This document shows positions 1 through 9,868 of a stretch of 64,000 nucleotides of DNA, piece after piece. Both the position numbers and the translations under genes were made by a program. How positions within the stretch are numbered: the first letter of the stretch is position 1; each line of letters starts with the position of its first letter. Where the stretch lies: NCBI GenBank assembly GCA_965208835.1, contig OZ242358.1:3072001-3136000 (forward strand). The letters run 5' to 3'. The DNA is from Candidatus Latescibacterota bacterium (GTDB lineage: Bacteria; Latescibacterota; UBA2968; GCA-2709665). The notes beneath the pieces were generated by a model. That model was given only the letters and a program-made list of their open reading frames with translations, did no database searches and was not told where the DNA came from.

Positions 1-2
1 AA

Positions 3-1124
3 CGTTCTGCATTAATGCGCGAAATGACACAGACATTTTCGGAAACTCGCCTATCGCGGGCGTTCAGTTCGCCACGTGTCGAGTTCGACGGTGCTACACT
101 TGATGTTGAACTCCCGCAGGACGCCTCGGACCATGAGCTTCGATACGAGACTATTCTGCCCGACGGAGCGATCCTTTCGCTTCGATATGATGGGCATGAA
201 GTCGATATACATCGGAAAGAGAAACGGCGCAGACTCAGCCGTTCTGAGATGAACCAAGCACTCTCGTCACTCTATCTTCGATTTTTGTTTCCTGAACTAC
301 CGCCAGAGACCTTTATACTTTCTGCCGAGCGGTTCGGTATATCTCTCTTCTACAGAGAGCTCGATTTTACAAGGAATCAGTTGGTCGATCTGCTGCAGAA
401 GATGGGCGACGAAGCGTGGGGCAGGAGTTCCGATTTTATGTTCATTGACGGCACCACCAGCCGATATGCACTTCCGATAAAGCACAATATCGACTACACT
501 CGAAGCATTCCTGACTTACGTACAAGGGAAAGCGAACTTCAGACACACAAGCTATTTGACGGTATCAAGGACATGATGGGCGGCTATTACCGTGCGTCCG
601 GAGACGATATACGGTTTATATCCAAGGCTCGGGGAAAGGGACGCAGCTTCAACATACCGCTGCACAACGCCTCGTCATCCGCCCGCGGTTTATCAGATTT
701 CTACTTTTTCCTGCGTCATGTTGCAAGCCGCGGTCACCTTATCGTCATCGACGAGCCGGAAAGCCATCTGGACACCGCCAACCAGATACTCCTCGCTCGT
801 TTGTTGGCGCGATTTGTACGCGCCGGCCTGAAAGTCCTGATCACGACCCACAGTGACTATTTGATCAAGGAGATCAACAATCTGGTCATGTTAAACAGCA
901 CGTTCGCCGAAAAAGAATCTGTTGTGAAAAAACTAAAATATCGATCGGACGATGTACTGGAACCGGAGTCCATTCGTGCGTACGTAGCTGAGAACAATGG
1001 GCTTACGAGGTGTGACGTTGACGAATTTGGGATCGATATGCCGGTTTTCGATAGGACCATCGACGAAATAAACGCGGTAGCAAACGATTTGGCGTCTCGA
1101 ATTTCGGAAGACTCGGAGGAATGA
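3..1124 (+). CDS. ABC/AAA-type ATPase (AAA_15/AAA_21-like), 5' part outside window
   Basis: Signature-like ASSSARGL, Walker B LIVIDEPESHLD and H-loop LITTHSDY. Walker A is absent and the frame is open to the window edge, so the gene is 5'-partial. Confidence 0.8.
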   Translation, partial: RSALMREMTQTFSETRLSRAFSSPRVEFDGATLDVELPQDASDHELRYETILPDGAILSLRYDGHEVDIHRKEKRRRLSRSEMNQALSSLYLRFLFPELPPETFILSAERFGISLFYRELDFTRNQLVDLLQKMGDEAWGRSSDFMFIDGTTSRYALPIKHNIDYTRSIPDLRTRESELQTHKLFDGIKDMMGGYYRASGDDIRFISKARGKGRSFNIPLHNASSSARGLSDFYFFLRHVASRGHLIVIDEPESHLDTANQILLARLLARFVRAGLKVLITTHSDYLIKEINNLVMLNSTFAEKESVVKKLKYRSDDVLEPESIRAYVAENNGLTRCDVDEFGIDMPVFDRTIDEINAVANDLASRISEDSEE

Positions 1125-1125
1125 A

Positions 1126-1692
1126 GTGGGTTTCGCCGCATTTCTGAGGCACATTCTTGATCTGAAGGCGTTGGTGACGATAAACGGCGACGGAAGTTTG
1201 ATTTTGCGAGAAAAGGGCGTTATGGAAGTCGAAGTGGCTAACACTCCGTCGGACGTCACCGCCATTAATCTGGAAAGATTAGGAAGTCTATCGGGGTTGA
1301 GAGAAGGTGAATGGAAACGAAACTGTGATTACATGTTGATTCATGAAGACCGGAATACGTGCGTTGCGATATTGATTGATTTAAAAAAAACAGTTCACGC
1401 CGACGGAAAGCCAAAAGTACAACTGCGGTGGTCACTACCGATCTTAAAGTATCTTTGCGCATTATATGCGATAAGCTCTGCCAGCGAATTCAGCAGCGAG
1501 GATACTATGTTAAGGTATTACATAATTGGGACGAAATACAATCCCAGAATCGACAAACAAGGTGTGAAACCACGGCCGGGCGTTGTACAAAGGGAAACAT
1601 ACAAGGATATTGAAATTCATACGTACGTAGGGCCGAAAATCGGATTCAATTTGCTTGAGCGTGGCGATCGTGGCAGCGGCGTAGCCGCCTAA
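1126..1692 (+). CDS. Hypothetical protein with PD-(D/E)xK-like motif, partner of upstream ATPase
   Basis: GTG start 1 nt after the ATPase stop with GGAGGA upstream; motif NCDYMLI...ILIDLKKT. Confidence 0.6.
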   Translation: MGFAAFLRHILDLKALVTINGDGSLILREKGVMEVEVANTPSDVTAINLERLGSLSGLREGEWKRNCDYMLIHEDRNTCVAILIDLKKTVHADGKPKVQLRWSLPILKYLCALYAISSASEFSSEDTMLRYYIIGTKYNPRIDKQGVKPRPGVVQRETYKDIEIHTYVGPKIGFNLLERGDRGSGVAA

Positions 1693-1849
1693 GACAAAGG
1701 CAATTTAGTACCTGAAGTGAAACCTGAACGCGATCCTCGAATTGAAGCATATGTATACAAATTGGTGATTATAGAGATTGCCAAATGAGCCTTATTCGCG
1801 AGCTGTAAAGCGCTGAAACCAAGACGGAAACCAGTCCGGAAATATTGAC

Positions 1850-2164
1850 TTGAATGTGCATATTCAAACTCCACGTGACGACCTGAGAGAATTTTGCGAA
1901 CGATGGGGGGTCGTGGAACTGGCGTTGTTCGGCTCCGCATTGCGCGACGAACTGGGCCCCGATAGCGACGTCGATATACTCATCAGCTTCGATCACACGG
2001 CCCGGCCAACGCTCCTGGACATGGTACGCATGGAAGATGAACTGACGGAATTGTTCGGTCGGCCGGCCGATTTAATGGAACGAGACGCAATCGAGGCCAG
2101 CGGAAATCACATCCGCCGCAAGGCCATCCTTGATTCGGCGGAGACGATTTATGCGGCGAAATGA
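1850..2164 (+). CDS. Minimal nucleotidyltransferase (MNT/MntA-type antitoxin)
   Basis: [22 protein letters not shown] fits the GS...DxD polymerase-beta motif; 104 aa. Confidence 0.9.
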   Translation: MNVHIQTPRDDLREFCERWGVVELALFGSALRDELGPDSDVDILISFDHTARPTLLDMVRMEDELTELFGRPADLMERDAIEASGNHIRRKAILDSAETIYAAK

Positions 2165-2291
2165 AGCCTACTTGCTGGATATGCTGATCCATGCGCGAAA
2201 AGCCGTTGAATTCGCCTCTGGACTGACGTACGAACGATTCACTCTGAGTGATCTTCACCAGAACGTGATCTTCTCGTAGATCGAAATCATT
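2151..2291 (+). pseudogene. Truncated HEPN/DUF86 (HepT-type) toxin
   Basis: Reads [46 protein letters not shown], a DUF86 N-terminus overlapping the MNT gene. In-frame TAG at 2277-2279; the C-terminal RxxxxH half is missing. Confidence 0.8.
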
Positions 2292-2463
2292 CAACGATTC
2301 CTTACGCTTACCCAAGACCCACATCCGTTACCTAAGGACCCGTAGCCGGAGATTCGCCCGGCGCGAGTCTGAGGTCTCTTCCTCGATCCCGCGATACTCC
2401 TCATTCGGCGTCTGCAGAATCCTTCTCACCCATCTCCTGTCGAATCCTGACGGCGACCCGATC

Positions 2464-3963
2464 ATGTTCCTCCCGCAAACTCCGTTGACTCAAGAATCGT
2501 CAAGGCTTCTCGTCCTTACGACGATAATCCTCTGCTTGTGTACCAACACGTGCCTCGCGTACCGGCTCGTCGGGTCGGAATCCCTTTCGGACGCCCTCGT
2601 CGCCCATCACTATTCCATCAATGACAGACTTGACGCCGTCATCGTGGTGGACCCGACGATGCCCACCTTCGAATATCAGACGTTCTACGCCATGGGCTAC
2701 GCGGATGAACCTGAGGGCGAACAGGGAAAACTGCACTTCCTCGAGCATTTAATGGCGGACAAGGGCGAACTGGCTCAACGGATTGCCCGCAATGGAGGGC
2801 AAAGTCGCGCCGCTACGGATTTACATTTGACGTACTTCTCAATGAGGTTTCCCAGTGACAAACTCGCTATCGCTATCGAGTTAGACCGCGAAAGGTTTTA
2901 CAAAACAAGAATCGATCAGGACGCCGTCGTACACGAAAGGAAAGCTGTACTTACGGAACTCAGCAGGAAAACTGGCAGCGCAAAAGCGCGGTTTTCAAAT
3001 CACTTCTGGGGTCTGGTTTACGGAAGGAATAATCAATATGGAATCGGGACCGCGGCGTTTATACAGACGATCGAATCCGGCGATTTGAAACAACTCTTCC
3101 ACAACGTCTTGCGCCGGAAGAGGCGCCTGGTTGTCGTCATAGGTGACGTTGATTTGCATGACGTCCTCACGAGAATGGCCGAAGCCTTCCCGGACGTGTA
3201 CAATCGAAAGGAAGATGGATCTCAGGTTCGGCGGTTTCCGAATCCCGTTGCGCTTGGCGAGAAATATCAAGTGAAATACGAGAAACTGAACAAATCCAGG
3301 CTTTATAAAGCCTGGCGCATACCGGCACTTGGTCATCCGGACTACGCGAGTTTCTATGTCCTTGCCTCAATCCTGGTCAGGCCATCGAATTCACTACGAT
3401 CTTCGCTTTTGGATTCGCAGATTGTTGAGACGTTCAGCGCCTGGACGGGCTGCTACGAAGGATTCAGCCTTATGGCGTGTAACGCGGCAATGCCTGCGGC
3501 GCCAACCGTGGCTACCATTGAGAATGCGATAGGCAATGAAATTCAAAGGATCAAGTCCCACAGCATCACGGAGGACGAATTCTCGGCGGCACGGAACAAA
3601 AGGTTACGGAGTCTTTACTCGGAGTTCTACGACCGATCGAGGATGGCGTATCTGTTCGGCAAGGCGTTCGCTCTCACTGACGATCCACTTGTTTATCCGA
3701 GATTCATTCGTCAGGTCAAGCGGGTAACCGGCGACGACATTGCGCGTGTCGCCGGGCAACACCTCGTTGAAGATAACGCCATTTCACTTTCCTGGAACAT
3801 AAAGGAACCCGTGTGGTCCGGCCAGGATCCAATCGTGATTGCAGTCGTCATATTCGGATGTGGCGGGACGCTTTTTTCCATAATGTGGGCTTACAGGAGA
3901 CGTAACCGAAAGCCTATCTGTAATCTCGATAGCGATGATAAAACCCATAAATACCACTCTTAG
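2464..3963 (+). CDS. M16 family (pitrilysin-like) zinc peptidase, catalytic subunit
   Basis: Inverted zinc motif HFLEH, downstream ERKAVLTE, N-terminal hydrophobic signal and C-terminal TM helix followed by RRR. Confidence 0.85.
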   Translation: MFLPQTPLTQESSRLLVLTTIILCLCTNTCLAYRLVGSESLSDALVAHHYSINDRLDAVIVVDPTMPTFEYQTFYAMGYADEPEGEQGKLHFLEHLMADKGELAQRIARNGGQSRAATDLHLTYFSMRFPSDKLAIAIELDRERFYKTRIDQDAVVHERKAVLTELSRKTGSAKARFSNHFWGLVYGRNNQYGIGTAAFIQTIESGDLKQLFHNVLRRKRRLVVVIGDVDLHDVLTRMAEAFPDVYNRKEDGSQVRRFPNPVALGEKYQVKYEKLNKSRLYKAWRIPALGHPDYASFYVLASILVRPSNSLRSSLLDSQIVETFSAWTGCYEGFSLMACNAAMPAAPTVATIENAIGNEIQRIKSHSITEDEFSAARNKRLRSLYSEFYDRSRMAYLFGKAFALTDDPLVYPRFIRQVKRVTGDDIARVAGQHLVEDNAISLSWNIKEPVWSGQDPIVIAVVIFGCGGTLFSIMWAYRRRNRKPICNLDSDDKTHKYHS

Positions 3964-5278
3964 GACTGCGGTGTTGTATGTCGTCTGCGCGCTGCCGGCT
4001 TCCGCGCAGATTCACGATCACCGTTTGTTCTATTGGAACGATAACCGGGCACCGCTGACGATGTTGGACATCGTCTTTCTCGGAGCGGGTAGCATCCAGG
4101 ACGAGGCTTCAACGACCGGACTTGCGGTGACCGCCAACAGACTGATGAAGGACTTTTCGAAACGGCACGGATACACCGCACGATTGGAGACTTTGGGTAC
4201 AAAGATCGAATTCAGCACGTATTATGAAAACCAGGTAATCTCTATCTCCGCCTTGTCCACAAACCTAACAGCATCTGTAGGAATCGTGGACGATCTGATA
4301 CGCCGTTTTGCAATCACGGGTCTCGTACTCAAAGAGGTAAAGCGGGATTTACAGAGGATTTACCAGAAGTCGGTAGACGCCGGCGGCCACGATATCCTGA
4401 GGAACTACGCGCTTGCACGTACGGTAGGTGTAGCGAGATGGTTTTCGGGCGAAGCACTGAGACATATCACGTTAGAAGACGTCCGGAAGAATAGCACGGC
4501 GTTTCTGAGCGCGGACGTTGTCTTTTTCAAGGCAATCTCCAACCTTGATTCCACGGCGGTCGAGAAAGCACTGGTGCCATTCACGAATAACCGCCGACGA
4601 GGGGGTTTCGTCTGGTCTCCGCCAACACGTAAAAACGATCCCCTTCCAGGACATTCCGCGCTCATCTTTGAGCATTACTCTCACCTGAAAAACGTCTACT
4701 GTTACTGGCTCATCCCAATTGGAAGGGTTGGCGAGGACAATCACGTACCCAACATGGTGTCGTGGACGCTGGGACGCCCGAATAGCCGTGGGTTGCTCGA
4801 CGAATATTTGCGCGACGAATTAGGGTTGGTTTATAGCACTTCCTGCTCGTTTCAAAGTGAAGATGATGTCAGATTTATTGAGATTGGCGCCGATCCAATG
4901 CTGAAAAACAGCGAGGCACTGATAACGAAAACGCACGAGTTCATTGCAGGACTCGCCGAAAATCCGGATTTCTGGACCTCAATCGGCGAGTTACGCGCAA
5001 ACCCCGACTTTATCGACGCTCATACACACGGTGAGCAGACGCCGCGGCGAAAACTGAACCGTGCAGCAGATCAAGCCATGTATAACTTTCCGAGTCGCGA
5101 AGACGACATCAGGTCCGTCACCGATGCCGAGATCCGGTCGTTTCTCAAGGAATACTTCGTGGAACAGAATCTGGTAATGATGTTGTATGGACCGAAGGAA
5201 CACATCATCGAAATCCTGGAAAAACACTGGCCGGATATCACCATTCACGTGCAGCCCGTAGAGAAGGCGATCGAATAG
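3935..5278 (+). CDS. M16 family peptidase, non-catalytic partner subunit
   Basis: Overlaps the first M16 gene; LRDELGLVYS is the M16 C-domain R/Y motif; no HxxEH; signal peptide ending ASA. Confidence 0.8.
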   Translation: MIKPINTTLRTAVLYVVCALPASAQIHDHRLFYWNDNRAPLTMLDIVFLGAGSIQDEASTTGLAVTANRLMKDFSKRHGYTARLETLGTKIEFSTYYENQVISISALSTNLTASVGIVDDLIRRFAITGLVLKEVKRDLQRIYQKSVDAGGHDILRNYALARTVGVARWFSGEALRHITLEDVRKNSTAFLSADVVFFKAISNLDSTAVEKALVPFTNNRRRGGFVWSPPTRKNDPLPGHSALIFEHYSHLKNVYCYWLIPIGRVGEDNHVPNMVSWTLGRPNSRGLLDEYLRDELGLVYSTSCSFQSEDDVRFIEIGADPMLKNSEALITKTHEFIAGLAENPDFWTSIGELRANPDFIDAHTHGEQTPRRKLNRAADQAMYNFPSREDDIRSVTDAEIRSFLKEYFVEQNLVMMLYGPKEHIIEILEKHWPDITIHVQPVEKAIE

Positions 5279-5298
5279 GCGAATCCCCCAACCCACCT

Positions 5299-6681
5299 AT
5301 GACCCGCCCCTTGTCACCCCCCAATCCCGAACCCTCCCCCTCCGACCCGGCGCCGGTACTTCCTCAGGTCTGGGCGATCGCGTGGCCGGTCGTGGCGGCA
5401 TCGATGCTGGACGCCATGGAGGGGCTCATCGACATCTCCATGGTGGGGCAGCTGGGCCCGGCAGCGATATCCGCGGTGGGACTCAGCAGGCAGGTCCTGT
5501 TCGTGATCATGGTGATGGCGATATCGGTCAGCACCGGATCGCGGACCCTCGTCGCGCAATTCTACGGGGCCGGCCGCCGGCATGACCTCAGCCATACTGC
5601 GCAACAGGCCATCCTGATGGGGGTCCTGCTGTCAGCCGGCCTGGCCCTTGTCGGGAGCGCAATCGCCCGGCCGGCCCTGGTCCTGCTCGGCGCGCAGGAA
5701 GACGTACTGGCGCACGCGGTGCCGTTCATGCGTGTCTACTTTGCCGGCATCGTCGTCATGATGCCCAATTACATCATCGGCGGCATTTTCGGCGGCGCGG
5801 GGGATACGCGGACGCCGTTGAAGATCTCGTGTCTCATCATCTGTCTGAAAATCCCGCTCACTTACGGATTGATCTTCGGCGCATGGGGCCTGCCTCAAAT
5901 GGGGGTGACCGGAGCGGCGCTCGGCAGCGTCGTCTCGAGGGCGGTGGGCTGCGCCATCGGCGTATACCTGCTCACTTCCGGCCGTTCCAGGGTGCATATG
6001 CGCTGGAACTGGCGGCTTCCGTTCAACCGGGACATTATCGGTCGAATGATGCGAATCGGCGTGCCGACGGGGATACAGGGTTTCTTCCGCAACGGCGCCC
6101 GCATTCTGATCTATCGGGTGGTGGGATGGACGAGCCGGCCCACCGCCGCAACGGCCGCATTGACCATTGGATTGCAGATGCGGATGATCGGTATCATGCC
6201 GGCCCTGGCGTTTTCCGTGGCGGCAACAGCGCTGGTCGGGCAAAGACTGGGGGCGAAGCAGATTCGCGATGCGGAACGCTTTGCGGCAAACACGATCCGG
6301 CTGGGTATGACGATCATCACCGTCTGTGCCATCGCGATCTGCGTCTTCGCGCGGGAGATTGTCGACCTGTTCACGGACGCCGCGGCGGTGCTCGAGATGG
6401 GATACGTGATGCTCCTGTACGTTACTGTCGCCCAGATCTTCTCCGCCCTGTCCATCGTCACCGGAGGCGTCCTGGCCGGCGGCGGCGAGACCAAGCCGTT
6501 TCTATACTATACGATCGTGGCGCAGTGGCTGGTCATGCTGCCGCTGTCCTACGTGATGGCGTTTACCCTTAATATGGATGTCACGGGGATATGGATCGCG
6601 TGGTTTATCGGTGGGCTCTTACAGGGAATACTGGCCTGGGCCCGTTATCGGAAGGGCACGTGGAAACAGACGGTGATCTGA
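5299..6681 (+). CDS. MATE family efflux transporter
   Basis: About 12 TM segments; DISMVGQLG, GAGDTRTPL, MGVTGAALG, VGQRLGA. Confidence 0.95.
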   Translation: MTRPLSPPNPEPSPSDPAPVLPQVWAIAWPVVAASMLDAMEGLIDISMVGQLGPAAISAVGLSRQVLFVIMVMAISVSTGSRTLVAQFYGAGRRHDLSHTAQQAILMGVLLSAGLALVGSAIARPALVLLGAQEDVLAHAVPFMRVYFAGIVVMMPNYIIGGIFGGAGDTRTPLKISCLIICLKIPLTYGLIFGAWGLPQMGVTGAALGSVVSRAVGCAIGVYLLTSGRSRVHMRWNWRLPFNRDIIGRMMRIGVPTGIQGFFRNGARILIYRVVGWTSRPTAATAALTIGLQMRMIGIMPALAFSVAATALVGQRLGAKQIRDAERFAANTIRLGMTIITVCAIAICVFAREIVDLFTDAAAVLEMGYVMLLYVTVAQIFSALSIVTGGVLAGGGETKPFLYYTIVAQWLVMLPLSYVMAFTLNMDVTGIWIAWFIGGLLQGILAWARYRKGTWKQTVI

Positions 6682-6824
6682 AGTTGATGCGAATGCAGAG
6701 CGGCAAAGGGAGATGATGAGGCCAGGCAAACGAGGGCGCGCGCATGGGACGCCCCTGCACGACCGGGATGGCATTTTGCAGTTGAAGAGGTGCGATCGGA
6801 TTCCCTGAATCCGCCGGTGATTCT

Positions 6825-7364
6825 CTATTCCTGAAGCTGTTTCACCTTACGCCCCATTTCTTCGATGCCAGGGGCGTTGCCAACCTGCAGATAGAACCGG
6901 TGGGCTTCTACGAAAGCGCGTAGCGCCTCATCGCGTTTTCCGGTACGTTCGAGCAACATTGCGAAGCCGCGGTACGCGTTCGCGAGCGCATGCGTTGGCG
7001 CGGGATCGAGGTCAAGGTACATCCGTATTGCCGACCGGTAATCGCGCTCGGCGCCCTCCCGGTCGCCGAGGTCCCGGCGGAGGTCCGCGACGTGGCGCAG
7101 CGAGTGGGCCATCTTCTCCGCGTGATTCCCCGCTATATAATGGTTGTATCCCGCCAGATAATAGTGGAGTGCCTGCTCCCGGTTGCCGTGGTCCCTCTCG
7201 AACTGGCCGTAAACGTGTGCCACCCTGCCCAGGGACTCGTGGTCGTCCTGCCGGCAGAGCTCAGCCGCCTCAGCCACGAGACGCCTGCCACGGTCGTAAT
7301 CCGACGCCCCCCTGGTCTTCCATGCCTCGTCCAGCAACTCTGTGATTCTCTGTTCTCTCGACAT
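6825..7364 (-). CDS. Tetratricopeptide repeat protein
   Basis: Helical repeats such as AHSLRHVADLRRDLGDREGAERDYRSA and ANAYRGFAMLLERTGKRDEALRAF. Confidence 0.75.
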   Translation of the reverse strand: MSREQRITELLDEAWKTRGASDYDRGRRLVAEAAELCRQDDHESLGRVAHVYGQFERDHGNREQALHYYLAGYNHYIAGNHAEKMAHSLRHVADLRRDLGDREGAERDYRSAIRMYLDLDPAPTHALANAYRGFAMLLERTGKRDEALRAFVEAHRFYLQVGNAPGIEEMGRKVKQLQE

Positions 7365-7390
7365 TGACGCCTCTCTTCCTGTCAACTTCC

Positions 7391-7547
7391 AGTGTCCTGT
7401 CCCAAAAATATCTAACCATTCAGCCGCCGATTCATCCCGTCCCGCGGCGTTGCATACCCTCGCCGACCCTACGCAGGTCGGAGGCGCCTTGCGAGCCGGG
7501 CAACTCGACGGCTGAATTCAGGCAACCTATTTCTGAGACAGAACACT
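7391..7547. mobile_element. MITE-like element, family B, copy 1
   Basis: Imperfect ~20 bp terminal inverted repeats AGTGTCCTGTCCCAAAAATA / TATTTCTGAGACAGAACACT; homologous in reverse orientation to 50768-50931. Confidence 0.8.
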
Positions 7548-8292
7548 ACCGCTTCTTCGGCGTATAGAACAGCAAGGTTCCGATCCGTACGTAACAGATT
7601 GAGGCATACAACAACGCGCCGGTGTGGGTCGCGGTCAGGACCGCCAATTCTGAACCGTGGGACCGGTCGTCGCGAAGCATCCTGCACATCAATGCCCTTC
7701 CAATTCCCCGACGCCGGGCAGCCTGCGTCACGAACATGTTCGAACACCACGTTGCCGAGTCCACGACGATGGCTTGAACCCAGCCGACAGGCTGTTCGTT
7801 CTCGAGCGCCACATATTGCCTCAGCGGTGCGTCGGGAACAAGATGTTCCGGAAGAATCTGTCTGATCCGGGTGGTCCGGTTCAATCTGTCCGCCATTTCC
7901 GCTGTGAGGACACGTTCGATGGGCAGCGGGTCCGTCAGACGCGGGATGCGTCGCAGCCGATGCACCATGACGGGTTCCGTCGAATTCAGTCGATAGTTGA
8001 GCGCCTTGAAATCAGCGCGTATGACGGCGTCCGATTCCCCTTCCGCACAGATCGCGCAGATTCCATACTGTCCCCGGGTATTCTCCAGGGCCACCCGATG
8101 GATTTCTTCCGCGTCAACGCCATGGGCGATCCACTCCTCCCGGCGGTACGTGCCTCGTTTTCTCTGCGCATCCCTCACCACCCAGATCGCGCCCTCCCGG
8201 CTTGCAGGATAAGGGTGTGTAAAGCTCCTCGTGAAGGAATAGCCGCGCGCGAAAACCTCCAGCGCACGCTGCAGGAGCGTGTTTTCCGGCAT
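7546..8292 (-). CDS. GNAT family N-acetyltransferase
   Basis: C-terminal motif A MFVTQAARRRGIGRALM, plus LTATHTGALLY. Confidence 0.85.
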   Translation of the reverse strand: MPENTLLQRALEVFARGYSFTRSFTHPYPASREGAIWVVRDAQRKRGTYRREEWIAHGVDAEEIHRVALENTRGQYGICAICAEGESDAVIRADFKALNYRLNSTEPVMVHRLRRIPRLTDPLPIERVLTAEMADRLNRTTRIRQILPEHLVPDAPLRQYVALENEQPVGWVQAIVVDSATWCSNMFVTQAARRRGIGRALMCRMLRDDRSHGSELAVLTATHTGALLYASICYVRIGTLLFYTPKKR

Positions 8293-8414
8293 GAATTCAG
8301 TCCTCTCGAAACTCGCCACAAGTCAGCAGGCGTCGATCTCTGTGAACGCGAAAAAAATGGCTGGACAGACCACTGCGCGGCTCATAGCTTTCATCAGCAA
8401 TGAAGTAACCTTAA

Positions 8415-8576
8415 GAAGCTGTCTTAAAACTCCCAGCGGTCTTCGCACGGATGCAACAGCGCCGGTCGGCGTTGGTCAAATCCACCCGTATAGACAAATA
8501 TGGGCCGATTTTCCCGCCTTGACCGCCGCTTTTTCGCTCGCGCTCGGGAACTCACCGGTAATTTTAAGACAGCTTC
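8415..8576. mobile_element. MITE-like element, family A, copy 1 (162 bp)
   Basis: TIR GAAGCTGTCTTAAAA...TTTTAAGACAGCTTC; near-identical copies at 45630-45791 and 56100-56261. Confidence 0.9.
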
Positions 8577-8600
8577 CACCGTTCACAGGAGAAAAATACC

Positions 8601-8954
8601 ATGATCAAAGGCGTACACACCATGTTTTATTCGTCGGACGCGTCGGGTCTCCGTGCGTTCATCAGGGACAAACTCGGGTTTTCGGCCACGGACGTGGGCG
8701 ACGGCTGGTTGATCTTCGACGTCCCTGAGGCGGATATGGGCTGTCATCCAACGGAAGAAGACGCAGGTCCGAAATCGGGCGATGCGGATATCTCCTTTTA
8801 CTGTGACGAGATTGAATCCACGGTCGCTGACTTGAAGCAAAAAGGCGTGGTTTTTACGCGTGAAATCGAAGACCACGGCTACGGGCTGGTGACGTACTTC
8901 GAAGCGCCCGGCGGGTTTGATATACAGCTCTACCAGCCTCACTATGCCAGATAG
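8601..8954 (+). CDS. VOC/glyoxalase family protein
   Basis: ISFYCDEIESTVADLKQKGV...DHGYGLVTYFEAPGG; RBS AGGAG. Confidence 0.9.
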   Translation: MIKGVHTMFYSSDASGLRAFIRDKLGFSATDVGDGWLIFDVPEADMGCHPTEEDAGPKSGDADISFYCDEIESTVADLKQKGVVFTREIEDHGYGLVTYFEAPGGFDIQLYQPHYAR

Positions 8955-9477
8955 ACCGTCCGCGTCCTCGCGGGAACGCCGTCCGCACCCGACCCGGCAA
9001 GACGCGCCTCAATTCCGTGCCGGCGATCGCCTGGGTGTCGTCTCCGACTCCCATGGACTCCTGAGGCCGCGGGTCGCAGAGCTCCTTCAGGGCGTCCGGG
9101 CGATCGTCCACGCCGGGGATGTGGGCAAGATTTCGGTTCTGGAGGAATTGGAACGCATCGCGCCGGTATACGCCGTCCGCGGTAATGTGGACCTGGTTCC
9201 GCCCTGCAGCGATCTGCCCGAGAGTCTCGTGCTGACCGCCTGCGGGCAAAGGATTCTCGTGACGCACATTCTCGAAGAAGCCGATCCCGCGGGTTTCGAT
9301 CTCGTGGTCTGCGGTCACTCTCACATACCGAAAATAAGCACGGTTGGATCGGCATGCTGCCTGAATCCGGGCAGCATCGGGCAACGCCGGTTCCGGCTTC
9401 CGGTATCGATGGGGTACATAACGGTTTCTTGCGACGGCGCCCTCGTGCCGGAACTGCGGGCGGTTGAGATTGAGTAG
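8944..9477 (+). CDS. Metallophosphoesterase (YfcE/MJ0936 family)
   Basis: SDSHG, HAGD, GNVD, GHSH and NPGS motifs. Confidence 0.9.
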   Translation: MPDRPSASSRERRPHPTRQDAPQFRAGDRLGVVSDSHGLLRPRVAELLQGVRAIVHAGDVGKISVLEELERIAPVYAVRGNVDLVPPCSDLPESLVLTACGQRILVTHILEEADPAGFDLVVCGHSHIPKISTVGSACCLNPGSIGQRRFRLPVSMGYITVSCDGALVPELRAVEIE

Positions 9478-9523
9478 TTTGGGCCGAGTGAACTTTCGAT
9501 TCGACGCACGGTCAGGGACTCCG

Positions 9524-9812
9524 CCCCCCCACCGCATCAGCCGTCGCCGACCCCTTCGACAAGCTCAGGGGACGGACTCGGCTTCTGCGACTCCCCCTCA
9601 AGGGGGGAGTGATAGGGTTTTGCTGCCCGAAAGGTCTAAAGAATGACAAACGCTCAGGATTGATTCCACGCCGCAGTAGATCCTTCGTCGGCCTGCGGGG
9701 CACCCTTCGACATGCTGAGGGCAAGTCCTCTGGATGACAGTCCCCGCCATCGTGTGACGGACACGTAACGACAATGGTCACTACAAAACATGCCATTCTG
9801 AGCGGAGTCGAA
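9524..9812. repeat. Cluster of nested REP-like palindromes
   Basis: CCCTTCGACAAGCTCAGGG (9552-9570) recurs as CCCTTCGACATGCTGAGGG (9703-9721). Also hairpin ACTCCCCC-TCAAG-GGGGGAGT (9590-9610), AGATCCTTCG...GGATGACA (9678-9739) and the inverted cognate TGCCATTCTGAGCGGAGTCGAA (9791-9812). Confidence 0.7.
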
Positions 9813-9868
9813 TCAGCCATTGAATGACGGACGTATTTCGTACAAACTGCATAGCGAGGATACCTCAA

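Noticed and set aside
1720-1788. Peptide DPRIEAYVYKLVIIEIAK* reminiscent of a type IIG R-M C-terminus
   Set aside because: Too short to distinguish from chance.
6735-6758. AGGGCG...CGCCCCTGC as a fifth REP copy
   Set aside because: The central sequence does not match the RAYT REP; too degenerate.
7364-7567. Similar short ORFs at 7364-7567 and 50755-50943 (SSVLS.K.LTI.P.IHPV)
   Set aside because: They are translations of MITE family B DNA, with no RBS or coding evidence.
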